Shown piece after piece: positions 1 to 11,440 of a stretch of DNA of 34,658 nucleotides (the first letter of the stretch is position 1; each line of letters starts with the position of its first letter). Origin of the DNA: Vicugna vicugna. Lineage: Eukaryota. The position numbers were made by a program, and so were the translations under genes. The notes below the pieces were generated by a model, which had not been told where the DNA came from, searched no databases, and saw only the letters and a program-made list of their open reading frames with translations. The stretch is taken from contig MU061538.1 of NCBI GenBank assembly GCA_013265495.1, forward strand, positions 2,696,865-2,731,522, given 5' to 3'.

Positions 1-26
1 GTAAAATGGGAAGGTAGACTCGATCT

Positions 27-285
27 GGGTTCCCAAGCCTGGATTGGCATCTGAATCAAAAATAAAACCCCCTGAGGGTGGGAGGGAATAGCTCTGTGGT
101 GGAGCACGCGCTTGGCGAGCACGAGGTCCTAGGTTCGATCCCCACTGCCTCTGTTAAGGGGAAAAAAATAACCCACCCTGGGTCCCACCTCCAGAAGTAG
201 TAACTTCAGGCATCTTGGGGGAGGTCCAGACACGTTTAAGTGCTCCCAGGAATCGGATGATCGTCTCAATTTGGAAACAATTGCC
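27..285 (+). mobile_element. MER5A-like hAT-Charlie MITE, interrupted by a SINE
   Basis: Degenerate match to MER5A layout: GGTTCCCAAGCCTGG..CATCTGAATCA (left), CTGGGTCCCACCTCCAGA..GGGGGAGGTCCAGA..CTCCCAGGA..TTTGGAAACAATTG (right). Confidence 0.55.
75..163 (+). mobile_element. tRNA-derived SINE, camelid vic-1-like
   Basis: Pol III A box TAGCTCTGTGG (89-99), B box GGTTCGATCCC (132-142), A-rich tail; imperfect TSD 58-74 (AAAAATAAAACCCCCTG) vs 164-180 (AAAAATAACCCACCCTG), 14/17 identical. Confidence 0.85.
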
Positions 286-319
286 TCTGAAGATTACCAT
301 TGTCTTTAAAAATACACAT

Positions 320-518
320 TACTGTATATAAAACAGATAAACAACAAGGACCTACTGTAGAGCACAGGGAACTACATTCAATTCCTTGTAATAACATATA
401 ATGGAAAAGAATCTGAAAAAAAATACATGTATGTATATGTATAACTGAATCGCTTTGCTGTGCACCTGAAACTGACACTGTAAACCAATTACACTTCAAT
501 AAAAAATAAGATTAAAAT
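320..518 (+). mobile_element. LINE-1 3' UTR/tail fragment (5' truncated)
   Basis: TATATAAAACAGATAAACAACAAGGACCTACTGTAGAGCACAGGGAACT...CTTCAATAAAAAA; homologous to the L1 tails at 1.1, 6.3, 25.0 and 28.7 kb. Confidence 0.9.
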
Positions 519-1079
519 AAGTCTCCGAAGAGCTATCCTGAGAATATAAACACAGCAGCACATGGTCCAGGGACCCCTCTGCCAGCCTCCCCACCAGGGC
601 CCGCCCCACACACCATCCTTTCAGCTTCCTCTGGGGATGCTCCCTGACACCAATGTATACGTAAGATTCTGTTGTTGTTCCCGAAGAATCCTTCTGTACA
701 GCAGTGCCATTGGTGGGGAGGGAACCACTGCTGATTAATCCCAGCTGGGAAGAGTTACAATTCTGGGCGCGTCTCGGCCTGAGCCAGCCAGCGTCTCGTC
801 CAAACTGCACACCAACCCGTGACGTCATACTTAGCATCTCATCTGACAGAGGAGGGAATTCTGTCTCAGAGATTAAATGACTTTCTCAAACAGGCAACAA
901 CGGGTGGTCAAATCCCATCTGGAACTCGAGTCCCACTCCTGTGCACGTGGCCTCCTCTCCCTGCGGGAGCTGGGGACATGGAGGGGCAGACCACGCATGT
1001 GTGGGGTGGGGTCTTCACCGCAGAAGGCATGGAGTTCAGGGTTTGATGGAAAATGCCTGGTTAAAAAAGTAATGACCCT

Positions 1080-1334
1080 CATGGCTACCAGGGGGGAAAA
1101 GGGTGAGAAGGGATAAATTGGGAGTTCGAGATTTGCAAATACTGAATACTGTATATAAAACAGATAAACAACAAGGTCCTACTGCAGAGCACAGGGAGCT
1201 ATGTTCCATGTCTTGTAGTGACCCGTAATGAAAAGCAATATGAAAAGGAATATTTGTATTTATGTGTATGACTGAAACGTTGTGCAACAAAAATTGACAA
1301 AATGTAAACGGATTATACGTCAATTAAAAAAAAA
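1080..1334 (+). mobile_element. LINE-1 3' UTR/tail fragment (5' truncated)
   Basis: GGGATAAATTGGGAGTTCGAGATTTGCAAATACT..AGCACAGGGAGCTAT..CAATTAAAAAAAAA; same family as other tails in the window. Confidence 0.9.
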
Positions 1335-1435
1335 GTATAAACCTTATTTCTTGGAAATAAAATTCAATTAACATGCTCACCTGATTCCAGTTTTCCCTAA
1401 AAGTGGATGGCAATTTAGAGCAAGAGAGTGATACA

Positions 1436-1629
1436 CAGCTGACCCTTGAAAAAGCTGGGGGGGTTAATCCAAGTATAATTTAGAGTCAACCCCCTGTATC
1501 TGTCTTTCCTCCAAATCCTCGAATTTAACCAACTACCGACCATGTACTGCTGTGATCTCTTCCATCGAAAAACAACCAAATATAAATGGACCCACACAGT
1601 TCAAAGCCGCGTTGTTCAAGGGCCAACCG
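1436..1629. mobile_element. Tigger2-family (TcMar) non-autonomous MITE
   Basis: Terminal inverted repeats CAGCTGACCCTTGAAAAA (1436-) and TTGTTCAAGGGCCAACCG (-1629); the subterminal ATAAATGGACCCACACAGTTCAAAGCCGCG matches the Tigger2 end as I recall it. Confidence 0.8.
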
Positions 1630-3179
1630 GAGCCTGAGAAGATTCTGCATCTTGTTCTCACTGGCCCTGTGAGCAGGTGTCCTCCTCTGGGCACCACCGC
1701 TCCCTCCCTCACCTCCACATCCAGGACCCCCAGCTCTCCCCGATCCTTCCCGGCCTTCAGGTGTCTGCCCAAGTTCAGGTTTCTCTGCAGGTCTGTTTTG
1801 AATGCTTGCAGATCCCAGGGACCTCCTCCTTCTCCACCGAGGGTCACACACGGCAGGTGTGTGCGGTTTAATATTAGAATGCCTCAAATTGCCTCTCCTG
1901 CTCGCGTCTTCATGCCTCGTTCCCTGCCATAACTGAGAATCTCCCAGAAGAGCAGGGGGTGCCACCTCTCCGCCACCAGAAGGCACAGGCCTTGCCTCCA
2001 CAGGGACTGGACTTGAGCCCCCGTGACACACGCCCTTGTTCAGTTCTCTGGCCGAAACGGCAACATTTGAGACAATTATGACACCGTGAGGGTTAAATGA
2101 CTTACATACACAAGCCCCAAGCTGAATGTGTCTGAAACATCCGCTCAACACGTGTGGGCTGAGACTGGCCAGAGGTCCGCGGACCAGGGATCCTGGGGGC
2201 GCCTAGGCCCTCACCACGGAGGGTTAAGAATCCTCTTGCTGATCTAAGAGATGGGCATTATTTTAAATAATTCACTGAGGTTTTTAAACTGTCGAGTCAC
2301 AAACCAGCTGGAGGCAAAACGCTCCACTGTATTTTTTAAGTAATTATCAACAGTGCACGTAACTTCCATATATAAACGCTGCTTAGCAGTCACTCTGTTT
2401 TGCACATGGAGATAAATCAGCATGTCCTGATTACCAATCCCAAGGACATACTTTCGTATCTAATAATGCTTTAAAAGTAGACACAAACAAAAACGTGAAT
2501 GTTTCTATTAATCGGAGAATCAAAAAAAAAAATGAGGCTGCAAAGTGAAAGGTGGGAAATGAGGGTATTTTATGAGTCTGTGAGTCTGTGAGTTCAGACA
2601 GGCGAGGGGACGGTGCGGAGAAGCAGCACGCGGATTCCAAGTGTTTGCTCATTTACCTTTCCAGCTTCAGCCCGAGGACAGATTAACGGGTTCCCGACTG
2701 TTCACTCCGGGCTTTGCCAGAAGCCGTCACACGTTAATAACCGCCGTAGTCTGTGAGCTATGTTCCATTTGTCACCCAGTTCACTTTGATACACCGAACC
2801 CAATGAGCTAATCGTTCTCCCCCCTCGGTGGTTTGGCAGGCTGGAGGTTTTCAAGAGGAGTACTGAAACACCCGCCACCAACCTCATGTGGAAAAGGAAG
2901 GGAAGATGATAGAAAGCAAGTGGCTGCGGGGTTTACTCTCCACCACCGAGCAGGGGGGAAACGCACACCCAGCACACGAGCTGGGCTCACAGCAGGAGCC
3001 CGTCGGCTGTTAGCACCGTGGCTACTGTCATCCTGCTGACGGGAAGGACACCATGCACTTGGGGGATGAAAATTCCTCCCAAAGCGGGCGTGTCTGCTGC
3101 GCGGCCTCCACAGCTACTCAAAGTTCCGCCGACACCTAGAGCGTGGCACTCTGAACTTCCCACATCACCAGGCACTTAC

Positions 3180-3377
3180 CCTCAGCTCAAAAGTAAGAAA
3201 CGAAACACAAGTCGGCCATCCTTTAGCCCGAGGACGCAGTGCAGCACCAGGCCCAGACGCAGACGCAGACGCAGACCCGGAGCGCATCTCCCGAGCCCCG
3301 GGCGCTGGCCGCAGCCCGCCCCACGCTCTGCAGAGGGGCCCACCTGTGAGCGATCTGCGGTCCGGGCGCACTTTAAA
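3180..3377 (-). promoter_or_regulatory. Candidate internal core promoter and non-coding first exon (TSS ~3347, donor at 3179)
   Basis: On the minus strand, TTTAAAG starts at 3377, exactly 30 nt upstream of an Inr-type CTCA(+1)CA at 3347. The exon is CpG-rich with a GC box (GGGGCGGG) and ends in AGG|GTAAGT (GT at 3179). Confidence 0.45.
3254..3277 (+). repeat. Short (CAGACG)n hexamer repeat
   Basis: CAGACGCAGACGCAGACGCAGAC. Confidence 0.85.
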
Positions 3378-4015
3378 CATGCACCCAGTGCTGCTGTTTC
3401 AGCAAACATCAGGGCCTGGCCAAGGGGGCTTCCCCACAGAAAGAGCCCTCAGGCGGGTATAAAACCTGGTTCCTTGTCATTTCTCTGGGACGCGGGTGCC
3501 CTCCAGGTCCCCTTCCCGGCTCAGCGCACAGCCGCCCGTCTAGGGTGAAGCACAGGCCGCTCCGGGAAGTCACATTAGGGAGCAAACAGCAGCCCAGGCC
3601 CCGAGGACGAGTTCACCCACAGCTTCTGCAGGGCTTCACCCCAGAGGAGGAGAGACAGGTCGCAAGGGCGGGGGCCAGCGGCTGCTCTGCATTCACTGCG
3701 AGTGCCCATGGACGCACCCACCCGAGCCTGCGTGTACACATGCGCGTGAACACGTGCAAAGACTGTGAGTGCACCCATAGAGGGACACACACACATTGTG
3801 CAGGCAGGATTGCCTTCAGACACCCGTTCCACTGTTTGTTAGATTTTTGTGTTATCCCTGTTACTGAATCCATTTTTCAAACTGTAGGTTGTGAAATCGA
3901 TGAGGCTTCAACCAGCCACATCTCTCTGAAGAATGGTTCAGATTAATGAGCATCAAAGAATAAGGGCAAGGCTCGTCTGATGAAGCTTTTGTGTCACATG
4001 CTTTACATGTAGGGA

Positions 4016-4100
4016 CACACACGCACTTACACACACACAGCTACGGCCCTTGCACACAGACACATGCACACACACACACACACAAACCCACACACACGCA
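4016..4100 (+). repeat. Imperfect (CA)n microsatellite
   Basis: Interrupted CA runs visible directly. Confidence 0.9.
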
Positions 4101-5078
4101 CGGTTGTTAGACAAGAACACATCTGTGATGCGGGTCACTGTCAAACTTCCGAGACACCAACAACACTAACCATTAGCTCCTTGCCTCCTTCACAGGCAGG
4201 GAGGCACCGGGAGAAGAGGTGGGCGGCAGACAGGGTGCCGGATGCTGCTGGGGAAGAAGGGTTCTCAGGTTTGCTGAGCGGCATTTAAAACCAAGAGAGT
4301 GGAAACACTGTATCGGAACTTAAGATGTAAGGTGCAAATGCCTCCACGAACACTCATGTTTGTGGTCGCACCCACCTTGAACACGTCACCTGTGACACAC
4401 CCGCAGTGCTCCTCTCCGGTGTCCCTCACAGGCACAGTGGCTCCACCACTGCGATGGGGGGCTGGACCCCGAGATGAGCGGGTGGAGAGCCCTCTGCTGC
4501 AGACCCTGAACGGCGGTGTGATTTCTGGGCGCCTTCACCCTCTCCACCCACGTCCACCTCTGAAATGTGCGGCCGCCATACCTACCCCGCCCACTCACCC
4601 AGGGAGGAGGCGAAGACAAAACGGGCTTTCTGAGAAAACCCAGGGCCAGGTGTGCCCGGCGGTTAGAGACGCCGGCACCAGGCAGGACTGACCCGGGGCA
4701 ACGGCCCCAGGCACGCGCCCCACGCAGGACACAAGAGGAAACCACTCCTGTGCCAACTGGAGATCTATGGTTCAGAGAAAAGAAAAATCACAAATGCTCC
4801 CTTGGCACCCCCGAAAAAGCAACAAAATACATCCATCACTGAAGATTAAAGGGTGTTTTAGAGGAGACAGGTGATCTTACCAGGACCCAGCCTCGCCTCA
4901 GTCGGCCTCACCTGCTGTGCACAGACGTCATCTCCTCCCACCTGCCAGACCCTTCTTATTTTAAAGAATCACAAAGCTAGGGGAAAGGTGAGCAAATGGT
5001 GCAGTGAACCTAGGATATCCTCACAGAGACATCACCACCCGTTGCCATGTGTCTGCGTGTATGCCCCTGCTCTCTCTC

Positions 5079-5115
5079 CACACACACACACACACACACA
5101 TACACACACACACAT
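5079..5115 (+). repeat. (CA)n microsatellite
   Basis: About 17 CA units with one TA interruption. Confidence 0.95.
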
Positions 5116-5154
5116 CTGTATACATGCATGGGTACATACCCACACACCAACTCC

Positions 5155-7130
5155 CCCTGCTAAACCATTCGAAAGTCACTTACTAACAACACCACTGTAT
5201 TTCAGCATGAATTCCTATCGAGGGCGTCACCCCACACTACCACAACCCACACCGACATCCCTACGTCATACACCTACATTTTTAACAACAATACAGACCC
5301 TACAGTACGCCGAGGCACCAGAAATAAAAGCAACAGTAAACAAATGGGACCTATGAAACTTAGAGGGTTTTTCACAGCAAAGGAAACCATAAGTAAAATG
5401 AACAGACGACCTAGGGAAGGGGAGAAGATACTTACAAACAATGTGACCGACAAGGGCGTAATTTCCGGAATATTCAAGCAGCTCATGTAACTCAGTAACA
5501 AAAAACCAAACAACCCAGTCGAAAAACGGCAGAAGACCTACATAAACATTTCTCCAATGAAGACATACAGATGGCCATGGAAAGGTGCTGAATATCACTA
5601 ATTATCAGAGAAACGGGAATCAAAACTACAGTGAGGTATCACCTCACACCAGTCAGAATGGCCATCGTTCAAAAGTCCATGAACGATAAACGCTGGAGAG
5701 GCTGTGGAGAAAAGGGAGCCCTCCCACACTACTGGGGGGAATGCAGTTTGGTGCAGCCACTGTGGAAAACAGGATGGCGGTTCCTTAAAAAACTAAAAAT
5801 AAACCTTATGACCCAGCAATCCCACTCCTGGGCATATACCTGGAGGAAACCATAATTTGAAAAGATACATGCACCTCAATGTTCATAGCAGCACTGTACA
5901 CGATAGCTCAGACAGAGAAGCAACCTAAATGTCTATGGATAGCTGACTGGATAAAGAAGACGTGGCGTAGATGCCTATGTATACACACAATGGAGTACAA
6001 CTCAAGTCATAAAAAAGAACGAAATAATGTCATCTGCAGCAACACAGATGGAGCCTGTCACACTAAGTGAGGTAAGTCAGAGAGAGAAAGACAAATACCA
6101 TGTGATATCACATATATGTGGAATCTAAAAAAAAGGAGACTTAAATGAACTTATTTACAAAACAGAGACAGACTCACAGACAGAAAACAAACTTATGGTA
6201 ACCGGGGGGAAAGGGGGTGAAGGCATAAATCGGGAGGTTCAGGTTTTGCAGATACTAGCTACTATACACAAAGCAGATAAACAAGGTCTGGCACAGGGAG
6301 CTATATTCAGTACCTTCTAATGGCCTACAGTGAAAAAGAATATGAGAAGGAATATATATGTGTGTAACTGAATCACTATGCTGTGCGCCAGAAACTAACA
6401 CCACACTGTAAGTCAACTATACTTCAATTTAAAAAGGCAGAAAAAATATAGAGCCCTAATCAGATTCCCTAATTTTTCCAAAACAACTTTTATATCTATT
6501 TCTTTTTATCAAGGAACCAGTCAAGGTTAATGTTTTGCATTTGTTGTTATTTCAATTTTATCTCTTTTAATTTTAAACATCCTCCCCGTCTGTCTCACTG
6601 CTTTTCAGCTTGTTTGTTTTGTTTTTTCATGGTGACATTGTTTTTTGTTTTGCTTTGTTTTGTTTTCATGGATCCTGGCTAATCGTCTCCTCGAAAGTCC
6701 TGCAATCTGGATTCATCTGATTATTTTCTCATGATCAGGTTCACGGGAAAATTTTTGGCAGGAATATTCCTAAGGAAAGCTGTGAGCTGCTGGTCGCATC
6801 ACATTAAGAAGCACATATTTTGTTCCAACGTTGGCAAGACTGAGTTTGACCATGTGGTTAACTGGTGTTCATCAGATCTCTCCATCAGAAAGGGAGTTTC
6901 ATTTTTCCATTTTTAGTGAGCAAGGATCTGCGGGTTGATACTCGAAGGTTTTGTGGCTACCTTATTCCCCAACAACACGTCACTTAATGATGTCAACATT
7001 CATTCACGACTTCTGCCTGGATCAATTATGATACTGGGAACTACAAAATCCTAATTGTCTAAATCCTTAATGTTTTCTCTATTTATTAGAGAACATTCTT
7101 CTGAGAGAGAGAGCTTTTCATTCTCTTTAC
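5155..7130 (-). mobile_element. Old L1M (L1MC/L1ME-type) 3' region, split by a younger L1 at 5303-6444
   Basis: Degenerate motifs AACCATTCGAAAGT..TATTTCAGCATGAATTCCT (left part); CAATCTGGATT..CTCATGATCAGGTTCA..TTTTTGGCAGGAATAT..TTTGACCATGTGGTTAA..CAGATCTCTCCAT..GATCAATTAT (right part) typical of antisense L1MC 3' ends. Confidence 0.65.
5303..6444 (+). mobile_element. LINE-1, 5'-truncated: ORF2 C-terminus (disrupted) + 3' UTR
   Basis: Translations [64 protein letters not shown] match the L1 ORF2 C-terminal region; tail CTTCAATTTAAAAA; near-TSD AATACAGACCCTA (5290-5302) / AATATAGAGCCCTA (6445-6458). Confidence 0.95.
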
Positions 7131-7857
7131 AATACCCACACTTTTAAGGTAAACCCTTAAAGCAAAATTTTAGACCTAAAAATTCCTGGTTGCCATCCAG
7201 GGAGCTCTCTGCTCTGCTGGTCTGCAGAGCCGCTGACTGGGCGCGGCTTGGAGCCAGGCTGTCACACCAGCATGGTTTTCACTAGAGCCTTAAATCCGTC
7301 TCTTACTTTTTGATAGTAATTTGATAGCCCATCCATTTTTGCATAACAACCTCCAATTTCCTTACTTCTCCCTCTGAGATGATACAGCAGGCAATTCTAC
7401 TTTGCTGCCTTTGCAGGCTGAATAAAATATATGGAGAGAAACGTGTGGTGATAGGTGGGAAAAGACGTATAAAATCCTGTGGCTTAGAAACGATGGCTAA
7501 CATTCACTCAAAAATACTTGAGTGGCCTCATCATTTTGCTGCATCCCAGGAAGGAAAAAAACACAGACACAGTTTCTACCCTCAGAAAGACCTTATCACG
7601 ACCTATTCCTACACACTAATAATTTACTTAAAATTATTAAGGGGCACTTCTTTTATGTCCAGAAGATACACCTCTAAGATCTCGACCTAAAGTTAAGATG
7701 AAGTTCCCCTTTCACACCACCCAACGGCAGGGCTGTATCTGCGCCAGACTTTCACAGCTTCTCTGGCTCACCTGGAAATCCAGTGCAGGTGCCCAAGTGG
7801 CTCGGATGGTTAGCGATACAAGTAACTCACTCAAACGTATGTTCTAGAAGTTACACC

Positions 7858-8093
7858 ACAGAGTGGTTAAGAGTCTGGACTCTCAGTCAGAATGCCTGGG
7901 CTTTTGTCTCAGCTCAGTCACTCACTGTTTGAATGAAACTTAATGACTCAGGACCTCAGTTCTTCAAATGCAAAAAGTGGGTAAGGACACCTGTCCCATA
8001 GGCTGGTTAGGAGAACTGTGAGTTAATGCAGTAAGTCTGCTTAAAAATGTCCTTGCTACATAATACGTGTTCAGCTACTGTTAGCTGTTGTTG
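7858..8093 (+). mobile_element. MIR SINE
   Basis: GTGGTTAAGAGTCTGGACTCT..CCTGGG..CCTCAGTTCTTCAAATGCAAAAAGTGGG..TGAGTTAATGCAGTAA..TGTTAGCTGTTGTT follows the MIR consensus order. Confidence 0.8.
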
Positions 8094-9713
8094 CAATGAT
8101 GATTATGAGTATCCTTATTAACTGGACCTCTTTGTTAAAAAGAAAGGTTTGGTAGAAGACACAGTAAGACTCGCCAGAACAACTGGGGGAGCCCTCCGCC
8201 CCGAGGTGAGGAACACGCACCCTGAATCACTGACTTTCTCAAAAAGCACAATGCAGAAAAGCGACGCTGTTCCAAGTGCGCCACACAGTAAGGGAAGAAA
8301 ATCCCCTGGTTATGGGCCGAATTACAACATCCAAATACAGAGGATTAGAGCATGAGTCCTTGAATTAATGAGGTCCACGCTGCAAGTTATTAACCACAGA
8401 GACTAGCTTTTCGGGCTGGCGGGCAGACAGACCAGCTCCAGTGAGAGCCACGAGGCTGGAGCCGGACGGCCTGCGTCCCTGAAAGCACCTGCTGTGAGCC
8501 AGCTGACCCCAAGGGCTCAGCGCATGCGCACAGAGCTGACTGAGGCCTCTCCTACAGGATGCAAAGTATTTCTCACGTGCCTTACGTGTTCACGGGCCTG
8601 GCTCCATGCAGTTTTAGCAGAGTTGCAAAATTTTAAGTCTCAGAATGTTGCGTGTTTATCCACCGAGAAGGATGACCCATTTCATTTTTAACGGCCTGAT
8701 GACTAATGGGAGATTATGTATTTCTAAGTACCAGAAATGGTTGTTAAAATACGGGGGTGGTGAAATGGCATTTATTGACCGTCCAACACTGCATAGGTTA
8801 GTGCTGTTTTGTATATTTAATCATTTTCTGCTAAAAGTATTTTCTAAGTAGCGCCTAAATACAGAACAGCTATCAACAGCCGGCGGCCTTGCAGTGCAAT
8901 TAGGCGTGGCCGCACGTTGGCACCAGTAATGACCACCATCTGCTCTAGTCCGCAGCCGGCAGCCCTGCCCTGCACGCGTCCAGCGAAGCGCCTGACGCTG
9001 CCAGAGGCCCCACGGCGCCGAACGAGTGAGATAGCGGCCCCACGTGACTCTGCGGTCAAGTGCAAATTCATACCCTTTGGGCTTTTCTCCATAAAGGAAA
9101 CATTGGCCACTTCCACGAATGCACTGGCGGGACCATCTCGCACCCCACTTCAGCTCCCCACCCCTACGAGGAAGCTGGGGAACTCCTGGTCGCCTGCCCG
9201 CGTGTGTGACGTTGCTGGCGTGTGCCTTCCGTCATGAAAGACCCCGAGACCGCAGGCACCTGCCTCCTCACTAAAGCCCTGCCGGGGGTGTGCGTACTGG
9301 ACCACAGCAGTTCAGCACCTGGGTGAGCGCCTGCTGCACATCGTCCGGGGGAGTCAGGGGAGCCAGGAGATATGGCTCCTGAAATTAGGCCAGGAAAGTC
9401 AGGCAGAGTGAAGAGTCTACAAGAGGCAGAGGGCCTCCTCTGGAGGCTCAGTGCTGGGCTGAGAGCAGAGGCCTACCGGCCAGTGGGAGGACAGGGGCAC
9501 CATCAGCCGCTCAGAATGTTCCAACGTTGTCAAGGGCCGACTCAAGGAACGGTGAGGACAAAAAGCAATGACAAATGTTAGCTACAAAAAAGGAAAAAAA
9601 AAACCACTCCATCAATAGATTACTTCATAGACTCAAATGCCTACGGAGCTGAGTGATGTGTAGACACGGGTCCTCTGTCAGGGCTCGAGGGGCCAAACGC
9701 GCACCTGGCTGGC

Positions 9714-9905
9714 CAGATGTTCCCAGCGCAGCCGCTCATCAGAAGACCATCACCTGCATCGCGTGTTACAAAAGTCTGCTGAGCCCCACATCCGGAGCTT
9801 CCGATGCAGCAGACACAGGACGGGCCCCCTGAGATCTGGCTTCTCCAACAAGTTGCCAGTGATGCTGATGCTTCTGGTCCGTGGACCGCACTTTGAGAAC
9901 CAGTG
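9714..9905 (+). mobile_element. MER5A-like hAT-Charlie MITE
   Basis: 3' end AACAAGTTGCCAGTGATGCTGATGCTTCTGGTCCGTGGACCGCACTTTGAGAACCAGTG is close to the MER5A terminus. Confidence 0.85.
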
Positions 9906-10065
9906 GTCCAGCCCCTCAACACGGAGTCAGACGGGACACCCGTGTTTACCAGAAGATAGGAGAGCGTCTACTGACCTGCTGTCTGTGGTCTGGGGAGGGA
10001 GATTACTGCAGCTAATACCATCACCCAGTAGCTTTTCAATCCAATTTTTTTTCATGCTCCACGTT

Positions 10066-10110
10066 GAAAATTGACACAACACTGTAAGCTGACTGTACTT
10101 CAATTTAAAA
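10066..10110 (+). mobile_element. Extreme 3' tip of LINE-1
   Basis: GAAAATTGACACAACACTGTAAGCTGACTGTACTTCAATTTAAAA, same as the ends of the longer L1 copies at 25.15 and 28.85 kb. Confidence 0.8.
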
Positions 10111-11271
10111 GATGGAAGAAAACAGAAGAAACAAAGGTTTCAGGAGACAATGTTCACCCTCACTCCTGCTCTGTGCTCTGCTATTTTCTAATTGCTTCCT
10201 CTTCTACTCAATTTCATTAAAAGGAAATGTCAGACACGGTCCTCTTTGACTTTCATTTACTTGGGATGCTGGCAATAATTTTGGGAAAAAGTCAAGAAGA
10301 CAAAACTATATTGTAAAAATAACACACCTGTGGCTCAGGCCCAACAGGAAGTTAATGTTTCAGAAGCGTGTGAGTACGCAACAGCGGCTGGTCCTGCTTT
10401 CTACAAGTTCATGGCTTTTCAAGTTGTCGGAAGCAGTCAAGTTAGAAATGCCAGGAATGTGAGAATGCAGAGACAATTTGTCAGAGCCACTTGAGAAAGA
10501 CTGACTGGTAGACTTGAAATAAGAAAGGAGGGTTTTTCCAACTGAATATGTTACGGTCTCCCACGTGACACTAAGCACCGACACAGTGTGCTTTCTCTTT
10601 TCAGCATGATGTGGTTCAACACTGGGGCAATAAAGACTGAGCCACCGTGGAGCCGTGGCTGATGCTGGGGTCACGAGATGTGTGCGCCCCCCCCCAACCA
10701 GTGAGGAGCTGTCCAGGTCCCCGTCCACCGCTGCCACTGTCCGTCCCCTTGGCAAGAACCCTGGGGAGCCGCTGATGGGCTCCTGGATGTGAAATGGTCG
10801 TTGACTCCGTCAGTTACTCCCATGGACCTCGGGAAACCGCTCCCTCTCGGCTCCTCCCCCGTGTCCTCCCCAGGACAGGAAGCGTCCGCCCTTGGAACAG
10901 GACAGTATTGGTATCACGTGTCCTCACATTACACAGAAACGTGTCTCAAAGGCAAAAATAACAGAATCAGAAAGTTGCCCACGCGTGCCCTCACTCCTTG
11001 TCAATTAATCTGACAATCTCATCAGACAACTCTGTTACTAAAGACAGTTCTGAGGCATTTTTCAGGCTTCACAGAGAGTAAATTACATTTAAGACTTGGA
11101 CAAACTGGGTATTTTGATGATTAGGAAGAAATACCTGCCTTAGTTCTTTCAATTTTGATTTTTTTTTACCCTTTTCATTATTCTTAGTGCATTCTCCCCC
11201 ACCCAGCTCCTCAATCTCACACTCGTGAAACCTGTTGGTTTAAAAACTTCTGATGCGGTCACTCACCCTAA

Positions 11272-11440
11272 GACTGGCCCCCACGCTGGCTGCACAGTAG
11301 AACCACCTGGTGGAGTGTTTAAACGACCAGTGTACGCATCCTGCCCCAGACCAACTGGATACGAATCTTTACGATGGGAGCCTGCATTTCAAAAGCTCTT
11401 TCCAGGGCTTTGCTGTGCATGCAAAGTCAACAACCTTTTG
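11272..11440 (+). mobile_element. MER5-like hAT MITE (degenerate)
   Basis: CTGGCTGCACAGTAGAACCACCTGGTGGAGTGTTTAAA..CCCCAGACCAACTGGATACGAATCT..CTGCATTTCAAAAGCTC..CCAGG. Confidence 0.65.

Noticed and set aside
75..163. tRNA gene
   Set aside because: It has A/B boxes but degenerate stems and anticodon loop, an A-rich tail and a TSD, so it is a SINE and not a functional tRNA.
9089..9097. CArG (SRF) box CCATAAAGG
   Set aside because: Only five A/T between CC and GG; it does not fit CC(A/T)6GG.
10590..10634. Plus-strand acceptor (CTTTCTCTTTTCAG|) followed by AATAAA as a terminal exon
   Set aside because: AATAAA is only ~25 nt after the acceptor, there is no clear GU-rich downstream element and no upstream partner exon, so it is likely chance.
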